Part shown: one piece after another, positions 39,853-53,878 of the stretch
Position numbering within the stretch: position 1 is the first letter of the stretch
How the letters are laid out: every line of letters starts with the position of its first letter
From: Octopus bimaculoides
Taxonomy: Eukaryota
Assembly (NCBI RefSeq): GCF_001194135.2
Contig: NC_068992.1
Coordinates: 13,213,421 to 13,277,420 of the forward strand
Direction: 5' to 3'
DNA length: 64,000 bases
Translations under genes and position numbers: made by a program
The notes under the pieces: model-generated
The model's input: only the letters and a program-made list of their open reading frames with translations
Databases searched by the model: none
Told to the model about the DNA's origin: nothing

Positions 39853-42800
39853 NNNNNNNNNNNNNNNNNNNNNNNNNNNNNNNNNNNNNNNNNNNNNNNN
39901 NNNNNNNNNNNNNNNNNNNNNNNNNNNNNNNNNNNNNNNNNNNNNNNNNNNNNNNNNNNNNNNNNNNNNNNNNNNNNNNNNNNNNNNNNNNNNNNNNNNN
40001 NNNNNNNNNNNNNNNNNNNNNNNNNNNNNNNNNNNNNNNNNNNNNNNNNNNNNNNNNNNNNNNNNNNNNNNNNNNNNNNNNNNNNNNNNNNNNNNNNNNN
40101 NNNNNNNNNNNNNNNNNNNNNNNNNNNNNNNNNNNNNNNNNNNNNNNNNNNNNNNNNNNNNNNNNNNNNNNNNNNNNNNNNNNNNNNNNNNNNNNNNNNN
40201 NNNNNNNNNNNNNNNNNNNNNNNNNNNNNNNNNNNNNNNNNNNNNNNNNNNNNNNNNNNNNNNNNNNNNNNNNNNNNNNNNNNNNNNNNNNNNNNNNNNN
40301 NNNNNNNNNNNNNNNNNNNNNNNNNNNNNNNNNNNNNNNNNNNNNNNNNNNNNNNNNNNNNNNNNNNNNNNNNNNNNNNNNNNNNNNNNNNNNNNNNNNN
40401 NNNNNNNNNNNNNNNNNNNNNNNNNNNNNNNNNNNNNNNNNNNNNNNNNNNNNNNNNNNNNNNNNNNNNNNNNNNNNNNNNNNNNNNNNNNNNNNNNNNN
40501 NNNNNNNNNNNNNNNNNNNNNNNNNNNNNNNNNNNNNTCTCTATCTCTCTCTCTCTCTCTCTATCTCTCTCTTTATATAATACCAGTCTCTGATGTTGCT
40601 TTCTTTTTTTGAGAAGAATCACGGCCTATTTGTTTTTTCTCTAATCGTTTGGAAAGTGATAATGGATACATTTTCTAAATGTTGTTGTTTTATTGTCTCC
40701 AAAAAAAATTAATGCTATATAGATATAATATTTACATTTTAAAGCAAATATTTTAGAAATCGAAACAGTTAAGCAAATGCTATCATTTTTACCTGTCCTT
40801 TTGTCAGATTGACTACCTGCGAAAGTGTGTTTCCTTATGGAAAAATTATCTAAAATCCTCTTTATCTGAAGAAATTTTGTTTTTGTTCATGATTGTTGTG
40901 CGACATTTATTTAGTGGATTTATTGTCTATGTAAATACACTCAGTTAAATTTTTAATGTTATATTACTAACAGCTACTATAAATATGCCTATTTTGTTTC
41001 AGTCCCTTTAGAATGTTTATTACTAGAAACATCTTGTAGTGAAATCACACTGCACTCTTATTGGTACCATCGAAACTTAAGATATTATGATGAACAGTCT
41101 GAAAATACTACTATGTTATACACAACTAATTTTGTAAACTTAGACAAACTTATTAGTAACGACTAAACGTTTTCATGAAATCCAGGTGTACCCCCAAATA
41201 CGTGACACCAAAATATGTGAGGTCTGAGCAAAGTTATATTATACAGTGTGACACAAGGCACAATCGATCCCATAGTGTCAAATCCAGCTGCTTTCTACTT
41301 CCATAGCAGCAAAACCATATATTTTTTTGATTCGCTAAATCCGTATATGACATAGTCGAAATAGCTATTATTGAATTTATTTACGTTCTTCAATTACCTA
41401 CAATATAATTTTCTTCTCATCCGTTGGAATTATAATTTTACTGCCATTGATGTCGAAAAACTGTGTGCTAGAGCATTTCCAGCTGTTTTCATATCAAAAC
41501 AGATTAGTTTGTATGTTTTTCAAAATATTGTCCATTACTGACTACTTTACATAGTAGTCAGTAATAGTATTCAATGAAGTGAATATACTCCCCGTCCTTT
41601 TGTATATTACCCTATATATGTTTTGATTATTCTCCAATCATACAGCATTACCGGATGCACTGTTTGTTCAATGCAGGATTACTGGTGTGAATGCTAGTAT
41701 CATTATTAGTATTTCGTTGTGTCAAGATGTTAAACGTGATATCAACATATTTATGAATTTGCGGCATTTTAGCGATGCGTACTTTTTGTTGTCTATATTA
41801 GACTATAACTTGCCTCACTCAAGTTACGTTCTTATAATATTCAACCCATTGTTTTTTATGAATATATTTCTCTGTCGGTACAATAACGTACAGATTTCTG
41901 TTGATATTTTAGACAGCAATGTTATATTTATGTTGAATTATTAAAAAGTGTTTCTTTTCTTGAGATCCAAAATGTTCATGTACGAAATATTTGTTCCACA
42001 TAATTCAAAGTTGTAGTGAATTCTGACATTTAGTGTCTGCTGGTAGCCAAAAAAAAACAAAAAAAACCCCCAATATTTCTGATAATGACAATTCTGACAA
42101 AAAATATTCTACTCAGATTCATCTGGAGAATAACTTTTGCGACCAAACCGATATATAATTAAGCGATGGTTCGTTGGATTTATATAATTTTACGAAATGG
42201 TTTCCGAAAGAATTCTTCTTTACCATTAACTGGAATCACCTCTCCCTCCGTATTGGAATGCGCGATATTGAAAATGCCTCCTGGCATTATTTTCTGGAGA
42301 TTAATTTTGGAAAGTAATTTCCCACTAATCTATTCTTTAAAGCAAATCACATCTTTAATTAGTCCAATACTTGAAGCTGCGTTCGTTTAATTGTTTATAT
42401 CTTAATTAATTATTATGAATATATCATTTTATATATTATCTTTGTTTCCTTTTTATGAAGATATACCTACCGTAATCAATGTTAGAGTACTTACATTGAA
42501 TTGTAATTTTTTTTTTTTAAATTGATTTTTAAATTCCAGTTTCTATTTTGGTGTCTACCGTTGTTGCTAATTTCATCCTTGTGTTTTATATATGTGAGAG
42601 ATTAATAACAGAACCAAAGACGTTTAACCTCCTGGAGTTACGTCAAATTGTATCTCTGTGCATTATCAATAGCGGCCCTAAATATGTTAAATATACTTAT
42701 AGGTTTATATTAAAACATTTTTAAGGAAGTTATAGGAGTTAGTGTTTTAGTAGAGTTATTGCAGTGAATTAGTGTTTTAGAAGAGTTTGTTTTTTAGGAG

Positions 42801-42893
42801 AGTCATTGCAATTATAGACATTGATGTGTAGCGTTAAATCATAGACTTCACATTTTCAAATCGCTAACCTGTAGGAGCCATGCTATAAGTGGC

Positions 42894-42955
<62 letters not shown>

Positions 42956-43170
42956 CAGCAGCAGTAGTAGTAGTAGTAGTAGGAGGAGGAGGAGGAGGAG
43001 GAGGAGNNNNNNNNNNNNNNNNNNNNNNNNNNNNNNNNNNNTAGCAATAGTAGTAGTAGTAGTAGTGGTAGTAGCAGCAGCAGTAGTAGGAGGAAGAGGA
43101 GTAGTAGTAGTAGTAGTAGCAGTAGTAGTAGTAGCAGTAGCAGCAGCAGCAGCAACAGTAGTAGTAGTAG

Positions 43171-43208
<38 letters not shown>

Positions 43209-43209
43209 A
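42894..43209. repeat. Compound (AGT)n with AGC/AGG variants, split by a gap
   Basis: Directly visible. Confidence 0.95.
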
Positions 43210-43974
43210 ATAGTTTGAGAACTCATTTCTCACATTATTCTTGCTTTTCCATAACCTCCTCAAGTCGCATATTATGATCCTCAACATTCCTAATAATTAT
43301 TCCCCACGTCAATTACAACGTAATAATATATTTTTATGATTAATAAGGGTATCACCATTAATATAGTTATTATTGATGGTTTGCACTGGAAACCAATAAT
43401 TTACTTTAATTACTCCGAACGAAAGTGTTAATCGTCATGTTAAATGCTAGCAAATGTGAGAAATTGCCCTATACATTTTATCCATCCTCCCCCCGAACAG
43501 AGGAAGCTTCTCGCGATGCTGTTGGATGTCAAACATAATAATTAATACGCAATAATTTTTCGATTTTTGTTGTTTTGGTTGATATAATCTGTCATTAATA
43601 TGCCCTTCGCAAATTCCTTGGTGACAGATAATGTACATTTTTGTTATATTGGTGAGATTTATAGCGTTATTATGGGCTACGATAGACAGGTCTGTCGCGG
43701 GCACATGCAATAAAAAATTCAAAGCAGCAACATCAAAATTCATAATACCTGGTGAAAAAAAGCCTTAGATATGGTATTTCCTATTAATTAGTCAAATAAT
43801 TCAGAATACATAAATTTTATATTATTTTTTTATATAAAAATTTTCTTTCATGCAATATATTTGTTGCTAGGATCTCATCCTAGCTGCATATCATTTAACC
43901 GCTGAGATGCAAGTTGTTCTAATTAGACATTTATGTTTATATTGTAAATGTATTTTTGATATTTATTCTTTTGT

Positions 43975-44183
43975 AAGGAGGTGAGCTAGCAGAAACGTTA
44001 GCATGACGGGCTTAGCGGTATTTCGTCAGTTTTATCTTCTGTGTTCAAATTCTGCCGAGGTCGACTTTGCCTTTCATCCTTTCGGGGTAGATAAATTAAG
44101 TACCAGTTGCGTATTGGTGTCGATCTCATCCACCGGCCCCTCACCCAAAATTTCGGGTTTTGTGCCTAGAGCAGAAAAGGATA
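43975..44183 (+). mobile_element. tRNA-derived SINE family B, best-preserved copy
   Basis: A-box-like gagctagcagaaacgttag, B-box gtgttcaaattc (44041-44052), central ccgaggtcgactttgcctttcatcctttcggggtagataaattaagtaccag and tail cccaaaatttcgggttttgtgcctagagcagaaa. Confidence 0.85.
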
Positions 44184-44513
44184 TTTATGCGTTTGCTTTC
44201 AAAGATTGTACATTTCTTCATATCGTTTAGTCTTAGCAAATATAGGCCTTTTGCCTATAGTAGATTATTAATAATACATTTTAGCGCAACGTTCACTATA
44301 GTTAAATTTACGTATTGGCTCCTTTTACGAAGAGCTATCTTTCATTGCCATAATATATTCTTAGTGTATTGTTAACTTGNNNNNNNNNNNNNNNNNNNNN
44401 NNNNNNNNNNNNNNNNNNNNNNNNNNNNNNNNNNNNNNNNNNNNNNNNNNNNNNNNNNNNNNNNNNNNNNNNNNNNNNNNNNNNNNNNNNNNNNNNNNNN
44501 NNNNNNNNNNNNN

Positions 44514-44545
<32 letters not shown>

Positions 44546-47500
44546 TATGTATGTATGTATGTATGCATATAATATATATATGTATATATATATATATAAT
44601 ACCAATGATATATGAGCATATATATATATATACATACCTACATATACATGTATAGACACACATATATATCTGTTTCTGTATATATGTGTGTGTGTGTCTG
44701 CATGTGTCCGTGCATGTGTGTGTGTGTGTGTATGTGTGTATTTTTGTGATGCTCCATCGCTAAAAGTTTATAGTCGAGATCGTAGACTGGAGAACTATTT
44801 TATGCGAGCTCTAGACTTTGCATGAAATATGCCACAAATTATAAAATATGCAGTAAAATCCGAACATCATGTCATACCTTGATTTTGTGACAATAATGAA
44901 GTGAAGAAGTAAATCCCTCTTTACTTTTAGTATATATTTAATGATTGGAATTTAGGCCATTTCCTGTCACATCTTTAACAGACATCATGATCCAAATTAC
45001 CAACATTAGCTATAGTTCACTGTGTTTTTCGTGAAACACAGAGAGTAACAGTATATACTCTTAAATATAAAATTCCGTATCAACATTACTCAATACAATG
45101 CTGCATCTACAGCGTAAGTTTTACATTTACCTTAGTTCTTTCGACACGCTTAGTCTAGTACGCTGTTTCTTATAATTATATAATCGTATCGTCAACAAAC
45201 CCACATTATGCAAAATTTGATAGCACTAACGTATCATTTTTAGTCAATCTATACATGTATCTTCTAGAAGTGTTGACACAGCCTCGGAAGTCATTCAAAT
45301 AGTTTTGTTGCCCTTGAGGCAATGTTATCCGGGTAGAAACCTGGTTGATTATGTTCTATCTACGACAAAATCTTGTATTTTGAATTACACTTACTTTTAA
45401 CACCGCCTTATTCATTTTATATGACATTTCTTTGAATTCTGTTTGTAAATCACGGTGATGATAACATTATTGTTTATTCTTCTCAGTTGCTAGCTGAATT
45501 AATTGTAAGCTACCCTCATACCTTTTCGTTCCACGCTCATTCACAGAAATTTCACCCTTGTATCAAATGTAGAAGCCATTCCTTTTGTTAATGTTTTCGT
45601 AAATATGAGGAGATATCTGAAGACTTATAATCAACGTAAAAAAGAAATAAATGTATAAAATGAAGTAAAAAAAATGTAGTCGATTAATATGAAGATAGTA
45701 TGACAAGATAACAATTACTAAACGTTGTTTCTGTAATTAAATCTGTCAGAAAATTGTTACCAATAATACTGTAATTAATTAGCCAAACAATCTAAGCGGA
45801 TGAAACGCACAAAAAACAAATGTAACACATGTTCACACATATCCTGAATGATTCACACAAATACACGCCAACACAAGGAAGATAAAATCACCTATACACA
45901 CACAAACATGCAGATAAAAACACATACCACAGACACATAATCGTGTACGTATTTAATAACAGTATAATCATTCACATAGCGGAAAGATTGCAAAATATCC
46001 TCGCGTTTCATTGCTGAATGCGCATATTAATTTATTGTTTTGTGTCATGTATTTGCATAAAGATATTTGAGCACAACTTAAAACAGGATGTTATCGTCTA
46101 TATTTCCTATAAAGTGTTGATAAATCTGACTTGGGAGTTATAATCTATTAGTTTACGCTTTGATGACCTTCTTGATTCTGCTCAGTAGTTTATTCGAATT
46201 GCTAGGCCAATTGTATTTTATTTCTTAGATATACTTAGATGAACTTGTCTGTTTTAGTTATTAGTCATTTTTAATTGCTGTTGTTTTTTAATTGGTATTA
46301 CTTCTTCATACAACATTATCAACGCTCCTTCTGAACAACTATAGATTTATTTTCTTTTTTTGATATTTCTTCTCCGTCTTTAGAATAGTTTTATCTTGAT
46401 TCTTATTTGTTTTCATATTATCCTGTTTAATTACCGATCTTTTCATGCATCTATTGACTATTTTTTTCTTCTCCCTCTTCCTCTTGCTTAGATCTTTGCG
46501 TCTGTTGTCTTTTTTTTTTGTTTTCTTCAGGTTGTATACCAGCTTAGCGTAAGCTGTGATTGCTAAAGCAAATTACGAACTGCGATTAGAACTACTACTA
46601 TAAAAAATGTTATTGTTTTCTGAGTTTCTCAAATATTTTTGCTGTTCTGTAATTGTGAATAGATTGCAGATAATTACGTAATACTCGTGTTCCGATATTT
46701 TAAATTATTATTCATCGCATTGTGAGTGAGAAGAAAGATATAAATATACTTTTCTTTGTTTCGGCCGCTGCAAGAGGTTGATTTTGAAATTTTCTTTAGA
46801 ACATTTATATAGCGTTTTATGAGAAAGGAGGTTGCAATGGCCTGAGACGAGCTGGATACAACATGGTGGTAGAACACTTTGGCTCAGAGGATAGATGAAG
46901 GGATAAAGAAAAACAGCATATTTGTCGCCAAAACACGCACATACCACTCTGAGCGACGTCATAATGCTTGTCAGTGATGAACGTAACTGCGAAACCGATG
47001 TCACCGATATCATAATTAATAATTCCACTATTAATCAAAAATGAGGTGCTACGAAAATTAAAAAAAAAATACTAAAGCAGCAAAAGTGACTCTTTCAACT
47101 GCTCGACTAATGTGCCAACGAACACAGCAGCCACGATACTTCCATCCACCATAAGCACCACAACGAAATTAGCTGTAAGCATCGATAGCAATAGAAAAGT
47201 TTAATAATACGCCCAAGAATATGAATTTAAAAAATTATAAAAGAAGACATGAAGTTGAGAACATTTTTCTGAACAAAAGGGCAAGCAAATTCGGGTTTGA
47301 AATCTCAACCTAAGGATTATCAAATAGGGAAACCTCTTCTACAACATTTGAGTAAAAGCAAATTTCCAATAACATCGAAAGAAACAGTGTCTCTCGCTCT
47401 ATTGTTTGATATTTCCATTAGAATATTTATAAAATAGAAATGCCGGTAATTTATTTGCCACACACGTGTATTGCATGTTTTAGTATTATTCTCGCTGTGT

Positions 47501-48929
47501 ATCTTTCATAAATTTTCTGCGTTCTATTATTTCACAGTAGTTTTCTATGTGATTATACATGTAACAGCTTTACTTTTAGTGCACTTACGTGGTTTGTGAA
47601 TATTATTTTGGATTCATTGTTTGTTGTCCAAAAGAGCAATTTGCAGACGGCGTTCCTTTGCTAATGATTTTTGTTTGACGTTATGTCATGACATCATAAC
47701 ATGACTGAGACTGAGACGAGAAAATATTATGGGAGGTTTATATTTTAAAGTAAACGACTAAACATTAAAACAAATCCCATACTTCCAACCTGCGTCATAT
47801 CCCATAAAATGTAGCGATCAACGTCACGCACCATGCAATTTCGATTTAATGTGTCCATCCACCACAGCATTAAAACTCGAATGCACGTAATCGTTGTGGT
47901 TGTAAATACTCTGATATTATAATTTTCACTTGCATGTTTTATCAAGTTATACTGAATTATTATCTTCAGCATATTCGTCTGATCAAGTCTGGAAGAAGTG
48001 TTCTAAATATGAAGAAATGTTCTTAGTGTGCAGTAATTTATTTTTACTACCATTTGAATAACGCAACGTAATATCTGTAAGATAAACAAAATGTAAATAT
48101 TACATGAAATATATAAATAAATCACATGTTAGTGGGTAGGTTATTCGGAAAATTAATTTTATGTAAAATAAGAATGAATCGCCTCCAAAACTTGTGCTGT
48201 TAAGTTCATACGTGGAAATATCAGGAATTTGTGTACAATGCATAGAAGGAAGGCAATGAAACTATTTTAGTATAGTGATTGAATTCTTATAATCTTATTA
48301 ATACATAGAAGTGTAGTAGAGATTTTTTTAAAGTTTGCAATCGAATGAATTTATTTTGTTATTAATGTGTTTGATCAAATATTTTTTACACGCAAATAGG
48401 TTATTTTACTCAACAAATTTATGTCGGTTCAGGTAATGCCAAGAAAAAGCAGAAAAAAAGTAGAAATTAGAAATTGTATTTCAAACGAGACACAACAAAA
48501 CAACAGGGAAGCAGATAACTTGAATCGTATTTTTATCCACTCTCATAACAACATTATGGCGAAGTCGTCGATATTTTGTAGAGGATAAAAGGAGATTAAA
48601 AGACGTAAACAAGTGAATCATGTTATTTTCTCCTCTCCTATTTCAAAGCGTCTGGCCTATGGTGCGTGCGATCCTGAATAGGTCTGAATATATCTTTAGG
48701 ATATATTCATTTATGTGTGGTGGTTACGGCGAAGATAAGATATATTGTGCCATACATTTGACTTAGACGGAAAGGAAACAAAACTTGTACATAGTTGCAG
48801 ACAAGAAACTTGATATTTAGATATTCAATGACTTTTATCTTGATCGCTTCGTCTTCTCATTAAGAATATAATATGAATGAATACATATATGTAATATACA
48901 TACGCACTCACATATACAAACATGCACAA

Positions 48930-48962
<33 letters not shown>

Positions 48963-49152
48963 AGTGTGTGTGTGTGTGTGTGTATGTATACACATACACA
49001 CAAATACACATATACGCTCACCTCACACACATTTCTACTGGCTGTTGTGAGAAAATAAGAATTCTCATGTAGGAAATGTGAGAAAGTGACGTCAAGTATT
49101 TCGAAAATTAGAAATATTTATCGACGTAAGATCACTGAATTTAAAAGTAATC

Positions 49153-49371
49153 CAGTAATCCCTCGCCATATCGCGGTTCATTTATCGCGGTTTATTCTTC
49201 AAGCTTACGTCGATTCCTACGCAGTGTTGTTTTGCATTTATAATGAAATATATATATATATATACAAATTGTAAAAGTAATTTTAAAATATACAATACAG
49301 TACTGTTTCCTCTTCGCGGATTTTCCCCTATCACGGGGGAGGGGGATTGGAATGGAATCGAGGGATTACTA
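49153..49371. mobile_element. pogo/Tigger-type MITE
   Basis: Terminal inverted repeats CAGTAATCCCTCG (49153) and CGAGGGATTACT (49359-49370), with subterminal ATCGCGG motifs typical of Tigger-like ends. No ORF. Confidence 0.7.
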
Positions 49372-49602
49372 TATTTCAATATTGTGATACAGGGCGTTAC
49401 AACGTTGCTCCTACTGAGCCATTTGTGAAAGTGTGTGTTGATTATAAGCTCTATATTAATTCTAATGATAAATGAAGCAAATATACGTTGACATTTATAA
49501 CGTGCACCAGACAGTATGAATAGGTTTACTGTTTTTTCTCATGGTATCTACCACAGCAACTTTGTTCTGAGAGAGAATAAATACTATCTCACTAGAAAAT
49601 AA

Positions 49603-49680
49603 ATACTAGTTGAACACCGAGATCAATGTAAACGACTTGCCCATGCCCCAAATTGCCGGTCTTGTGCCAAAATTTAAAAC
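49603..49680 (+). mobile_element. SINE family B 3' fragment
   Basis: tactagttgaacaccgagatcaatgtaaacgacttgccc...ccaaattgccggtcttgtgccaaaattt. Confidence 0.55.
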
Positions 49681-51290
49681 CTTGTTTGATTTTTCATTTC
49701 CGTCGTGATAGCCTTTTAATAAGTTGGTGATCAAATATGGCGATAAAGTTCATACTTGGAAAAGAAACAAAAGCAGCACACAGTCAGAATTTTCAGAAAC
49801 AATCCACCCATAGAATTAGAATAAAACAAAGTGAAGCACTTGAAATTCAACGTTCTTTAAAGAAAATACTCTACGAATGGATACAGAATTGCTTCTTGAC
49901 AATTGGATAGGATTACAAAATCAATCGAACTCACAATTAGTGTTAGCATCGGTATGTCATCAACATAATTAGATTACGCAGCTCATGCATAAATACATTT
50001 ATACACACATCCAAACATAGCAATGCAAAGCTTCTCAGCTATGTTTGCGAGGTTCAGTGGTGTAGCGCACGGCTCCTGGCGAGCCATACACAAGAGAGTG
50101 ATAAAGAAACCATAAATGCAATTTTATTGATTTTCATTTCCACACAGAATCTACTTGTCTGTCAATGTAATCTTGTTGCGAATGTTATCGGTGTATATTT
50201 GACGAGCAATATTAATTCTCTTCTGAGTGATATCATTTCTATACCTTACTCCAGTGATTCGAGTTGGCAGCTACTTTTATCTCATTAACAGAGACAACAT
50301 TGAGCCATTGCTATTAACTCTTCAAAGATAACGACATATTTTTGGCATGGGTTTTTCGCTTAACTTTATACTGTATCAAGCGATCAATATTGAATCAAGT
50401 AAAGCAATCAAATATTTGATGTTATTGAGACGTATAATGTCTAAAATTTTGGAAATTGTTGAGCCTTCTCTACAGCACTGGATTAAACGTATACAACATT
50501 TTATTAAAATCTGACCGATAGCGCCTCCGAAGTTCAGTCCTAATTGGTTTAGGCATTTGATAATATTAAATTTGTGGACAAATAAACGCTAATGGCGTAA
50601 CTTCTTACTACACCGTGTTAAGTAATTTTTTTTCACATAAAATAAGAAATTTATTCGTAAACTATCATAATTAGGTTCGATTCTTCACGCAGAGAAATTA
50701 TCGCATGTAGCAGGAGGGTAAAATAAAACCCAGTAGTGGATTCGATCAGTCACACATACGTGAACTAATCTGAGAATAGTTTAAATATGAATTTTGCCTC
50801 TCGTCTAAACAGGCCCAGCGCAAATTTTGAATGCAGACGTTCATCTTTCAGGAGACATTTCTGCAATAGTTGCAAGAATAGGCGCTGAGAAGTATTTATT
50901 TTAATGCTCATCTCTTCAAATATGTTATCAAGTGAGTAATAATATATAATCAGCTGTCTTCCACATTAGATTCTTTTCTTACAATGCACCTAAGGATTTC
51001 AATTTGAACGTGCCCTTCAAAGAGTACCACAATTATTCTCACGTTAATCTTTGAAATTTATGCATTAAAGGATGTCAAATTTGTTTTCAGCCCGTAATTA
51101 AACTTACCTTTCAGACCCGCTATTTTTCAAGAAATATGTGGTATTATAAATTTTTAATGTATTCTTTTCAAAATACATTTGGGTTTCATGTATTCATGTA
51201 TTCATGGAGAAATAAAGTGTCTAAAGTTCAATTATTATACATATATATATATATCAATATATATCTACATCCATAGACACACACACACAC

Positions 51291-51334
<44 letters not shown>

Positions 51335-51365
51335 GCATGTGTGTGTGGGTGGGTGTGTTTGTGTG

Positions 51366-51396
<31 letters not shown>

Positions 51397-52474
51397 ATGT
51401 ATATATATATATCTAGTTACATTTATACATACATACATATATATAATTTCCGATATGAAAGAAGCCTACAGCACACTTTATTTATCAGTCTTGTTACTTC
51501 AACACCATTCGCATATATCCTATTTCCTTTCTCAAGATATTTTCCATTATCGGGTTAACTAAAGTAAACTAAACATAAACCAGTAGACACCTTCGAGCAG
51601 CAATCATTTTAAAATTGATTTCCCTAAGAGACTTTGTAAGGTGCTATAATTTCTACCGTTTATTTTTACTTATATATTTACCTGAGCTTCTTGGAAACAG
51701 TTTCTATTTTTAATTCTGTTATTGCAAAACTTCTTCGGCTACGTTTTAGAAACTTCTCTATTTTAAACGATAAAATATATCAAATACTACTACGTATACT
51801 CCAAGATCAATGGTAATAATATAATTGAGTTATTATTGGTTTTCAACTATCCAAATAAGATTCGTTTTTCAATGCTAGTTATAAATGCTTTATTTTCTTT
51901 ACCATGGAAAACAATGCGAACATTTTTAATATATTTACTCTACCTCCTATTAAGTAGAATATCAATTTGGTGTATTTTATTACACTTAAGAAAGCTAATA
52001 AATATGGTAGCTGCAGACAAGAATTCATACAAACATTCCTTCAAGCATACATATTTATATGCATATGTTTCGGGTGTGTGTATTCGAATTTATTTGTATA
52101 ATTATGTTTATATTTGTATTCCCCAACAATACTTTTATGAGTGTGCATGTCTTTGTTTAGTTCAATATAGAAAAATAATATGAATAAATAATAATATATA
52201 AATTTAATAAGAAGAAATTTAGATGTAATAATATGAAATGCTTAGAAAAATAAATAATTCAAGACGAAACATAAATACATAACTTTAATTACAAGCAATT
52301 CCTTTTAGGTTTCCTGTCTGAATGTGGCAAACGTGGAATATGTGGAGTATATATGTTGCATTTAAGGTAAACGAAAGAAATTTCTTTAAACCGAGAACAC
52401 TTATGAAGTTTTTCACCGAAAGCAAAGTTGAGATAAAAGCATTAATAGCCTATTCAAATACAAGAAAAAAAGAC

Positions 52475-52636
52475 TCTTCATGAATACAATTTGAAATCTT
52501 TATGAATACATTTTAACCCCACCACATCTTCATGAACACGTTTTAACCCTAAAAATCTTCATGAATAGTTGTAACCCAAACAATCTTAATAGATACATTG
52601 TAACCAAAAAAATATTCATGAATAAATCCTAACCCA
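52475..52636. repeat. ~29-bp minisatellite, six degenerate units
   Basis: TCTTCATGAA-like cores at 52475, 52497, 52527, 52556, 52584 and 52613. Most are followed by TAACC(C). Confidence 0.75.
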
Positions 52637-53003
52637 TTGTTTACAATCGTTTTCACTGGGCACCGTAAATATACGATCAGTGCTTCGGTTAAAAAACAAG
52701 ATGATAGTGCGTTCTGTAATATTGAAATTAACATATAGTGTTAGCATTACAGATGACGATGGCAAGTTAAAAGCCTCTATTCATTTCCATCTCCTTACAT
52801 AGATTTCAGAATTTTTCCCTGTGTCTACGGTCTCTTATATTTTTCGATAACACATCTTCCAAGTAAGTCATCTGTTCATTTAAAGTATGGTATTCTCCAA
52901 TAGGATATATGTTTATACATCTAATTTAGAAGCCACGTATCATTATTATTATTCATGGTGTATGGTGTTATTTTAATAAACGTTACAAGTAAACAGTGCT
53001 TAC

Positions 53004-53123
53004 GGCGTACAGAAAACACCCGCAAAATGATTTGCAGCATTTCGTAGGGGTATAAATTCTCCTGAGGACGACATTTCGGTTGACAACTTGGATGTCGTTT
53101 GAATAGTGTGTTCAATGGAATTC
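53004..53123 (-). other. Candidate 120-nt internal exon (unverified)
   Basis: Minus strand: ...ctctaat...tttcaaattttggtacaactccag | 120 nt | gtaagc. Two of three frames are stop-free. No protein is recognised. Confidence 0.2.
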
Positions 53124-53203
53124 CTGGAGTTGTACCAAAATTTGAAATATTATTAGAGATTTAATCTGTACTGAATATACATATATACATACATATACAT
53201 ATT

Positions 53204-53240
<37 letters not shown>

Positions 53241-53878
53241 NNNNNNNNNNNNNNNNNNNNNNNNNNNNNNNNNNNNNNNNNNNNNNNNNNNNNNNNNNNN
53301 NNNNNNNNNNNNNNNNNNNNNNNNNNNNNNNNNNNNNNNNNNNNNNNNNNNNNNNNNNNNNNNNNNNNNNNNNNNNNNNNNNNNNNNNNNNNNNNNNNNN
53401 NNNNNNNNNNNNNNNNNNNNNNNNNNNNNNNNNNNNNNNNNNNNNNNNNNNNNNNNNNNNNNNNNNNNNNNNNNNNNNNNNNNNNNNNNNNNNNNNNNNN
53501 NNNNNNNNNNNNNNNNNNNNNNNNNNNNNNNNNNNNNNNNNNNNNNNNNNNNNNNNNNNNNNNNNNNNNNNNNNNNNNNNNNNNNNNNNNNNNNNNNNNN
53601 NNNNNNNNNNNNNNNNNNNNNNNNNNNNNNNNNNNNNNNNNNNNNNNNNNNNNNNNNNNNNNNNNNNNNNNNNNNNNNNNNNNNNNNNNNNNNNNNNNNN
53701 NNNNNNNNNNNNNNNNNNNNNNNNNNNNNNNNNNNNNNNNNNNNNNNNNNNNNNNNNNNNNNNNNNNNNNNNNNNNNNNNNNNNNNNNNNNNNNNNNNNN
53801 NNNNNNNNNNNNNNNNNNNNNNNNNNNNNNNNNNNNNNNNNNNNNNNNNNNTGGTTTACTATCCGGGAGTGAATAATT

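Noticed and set aside
42185-42330. Minus-strand 49-codon frame (MPGGIFNIAHSNTEGEVIPVNGKEEFFRKPF)
   Set aside because: Short, bounded by stops, with only weak splice sites and no recognisable family.
46080-46500. Possible Penelope RT N-terminal remnant on the minus strand (LITKTDK-like)
   Set aside because: A single weak motif amid many stops is insufficient to annotate.
52475-52636. CRISPR-like repeat/spacer appearance
   Set aside because: Eukaryotic context, units only ~29 bp in total, inter-core sequences homologous to each other, and no cas genes.
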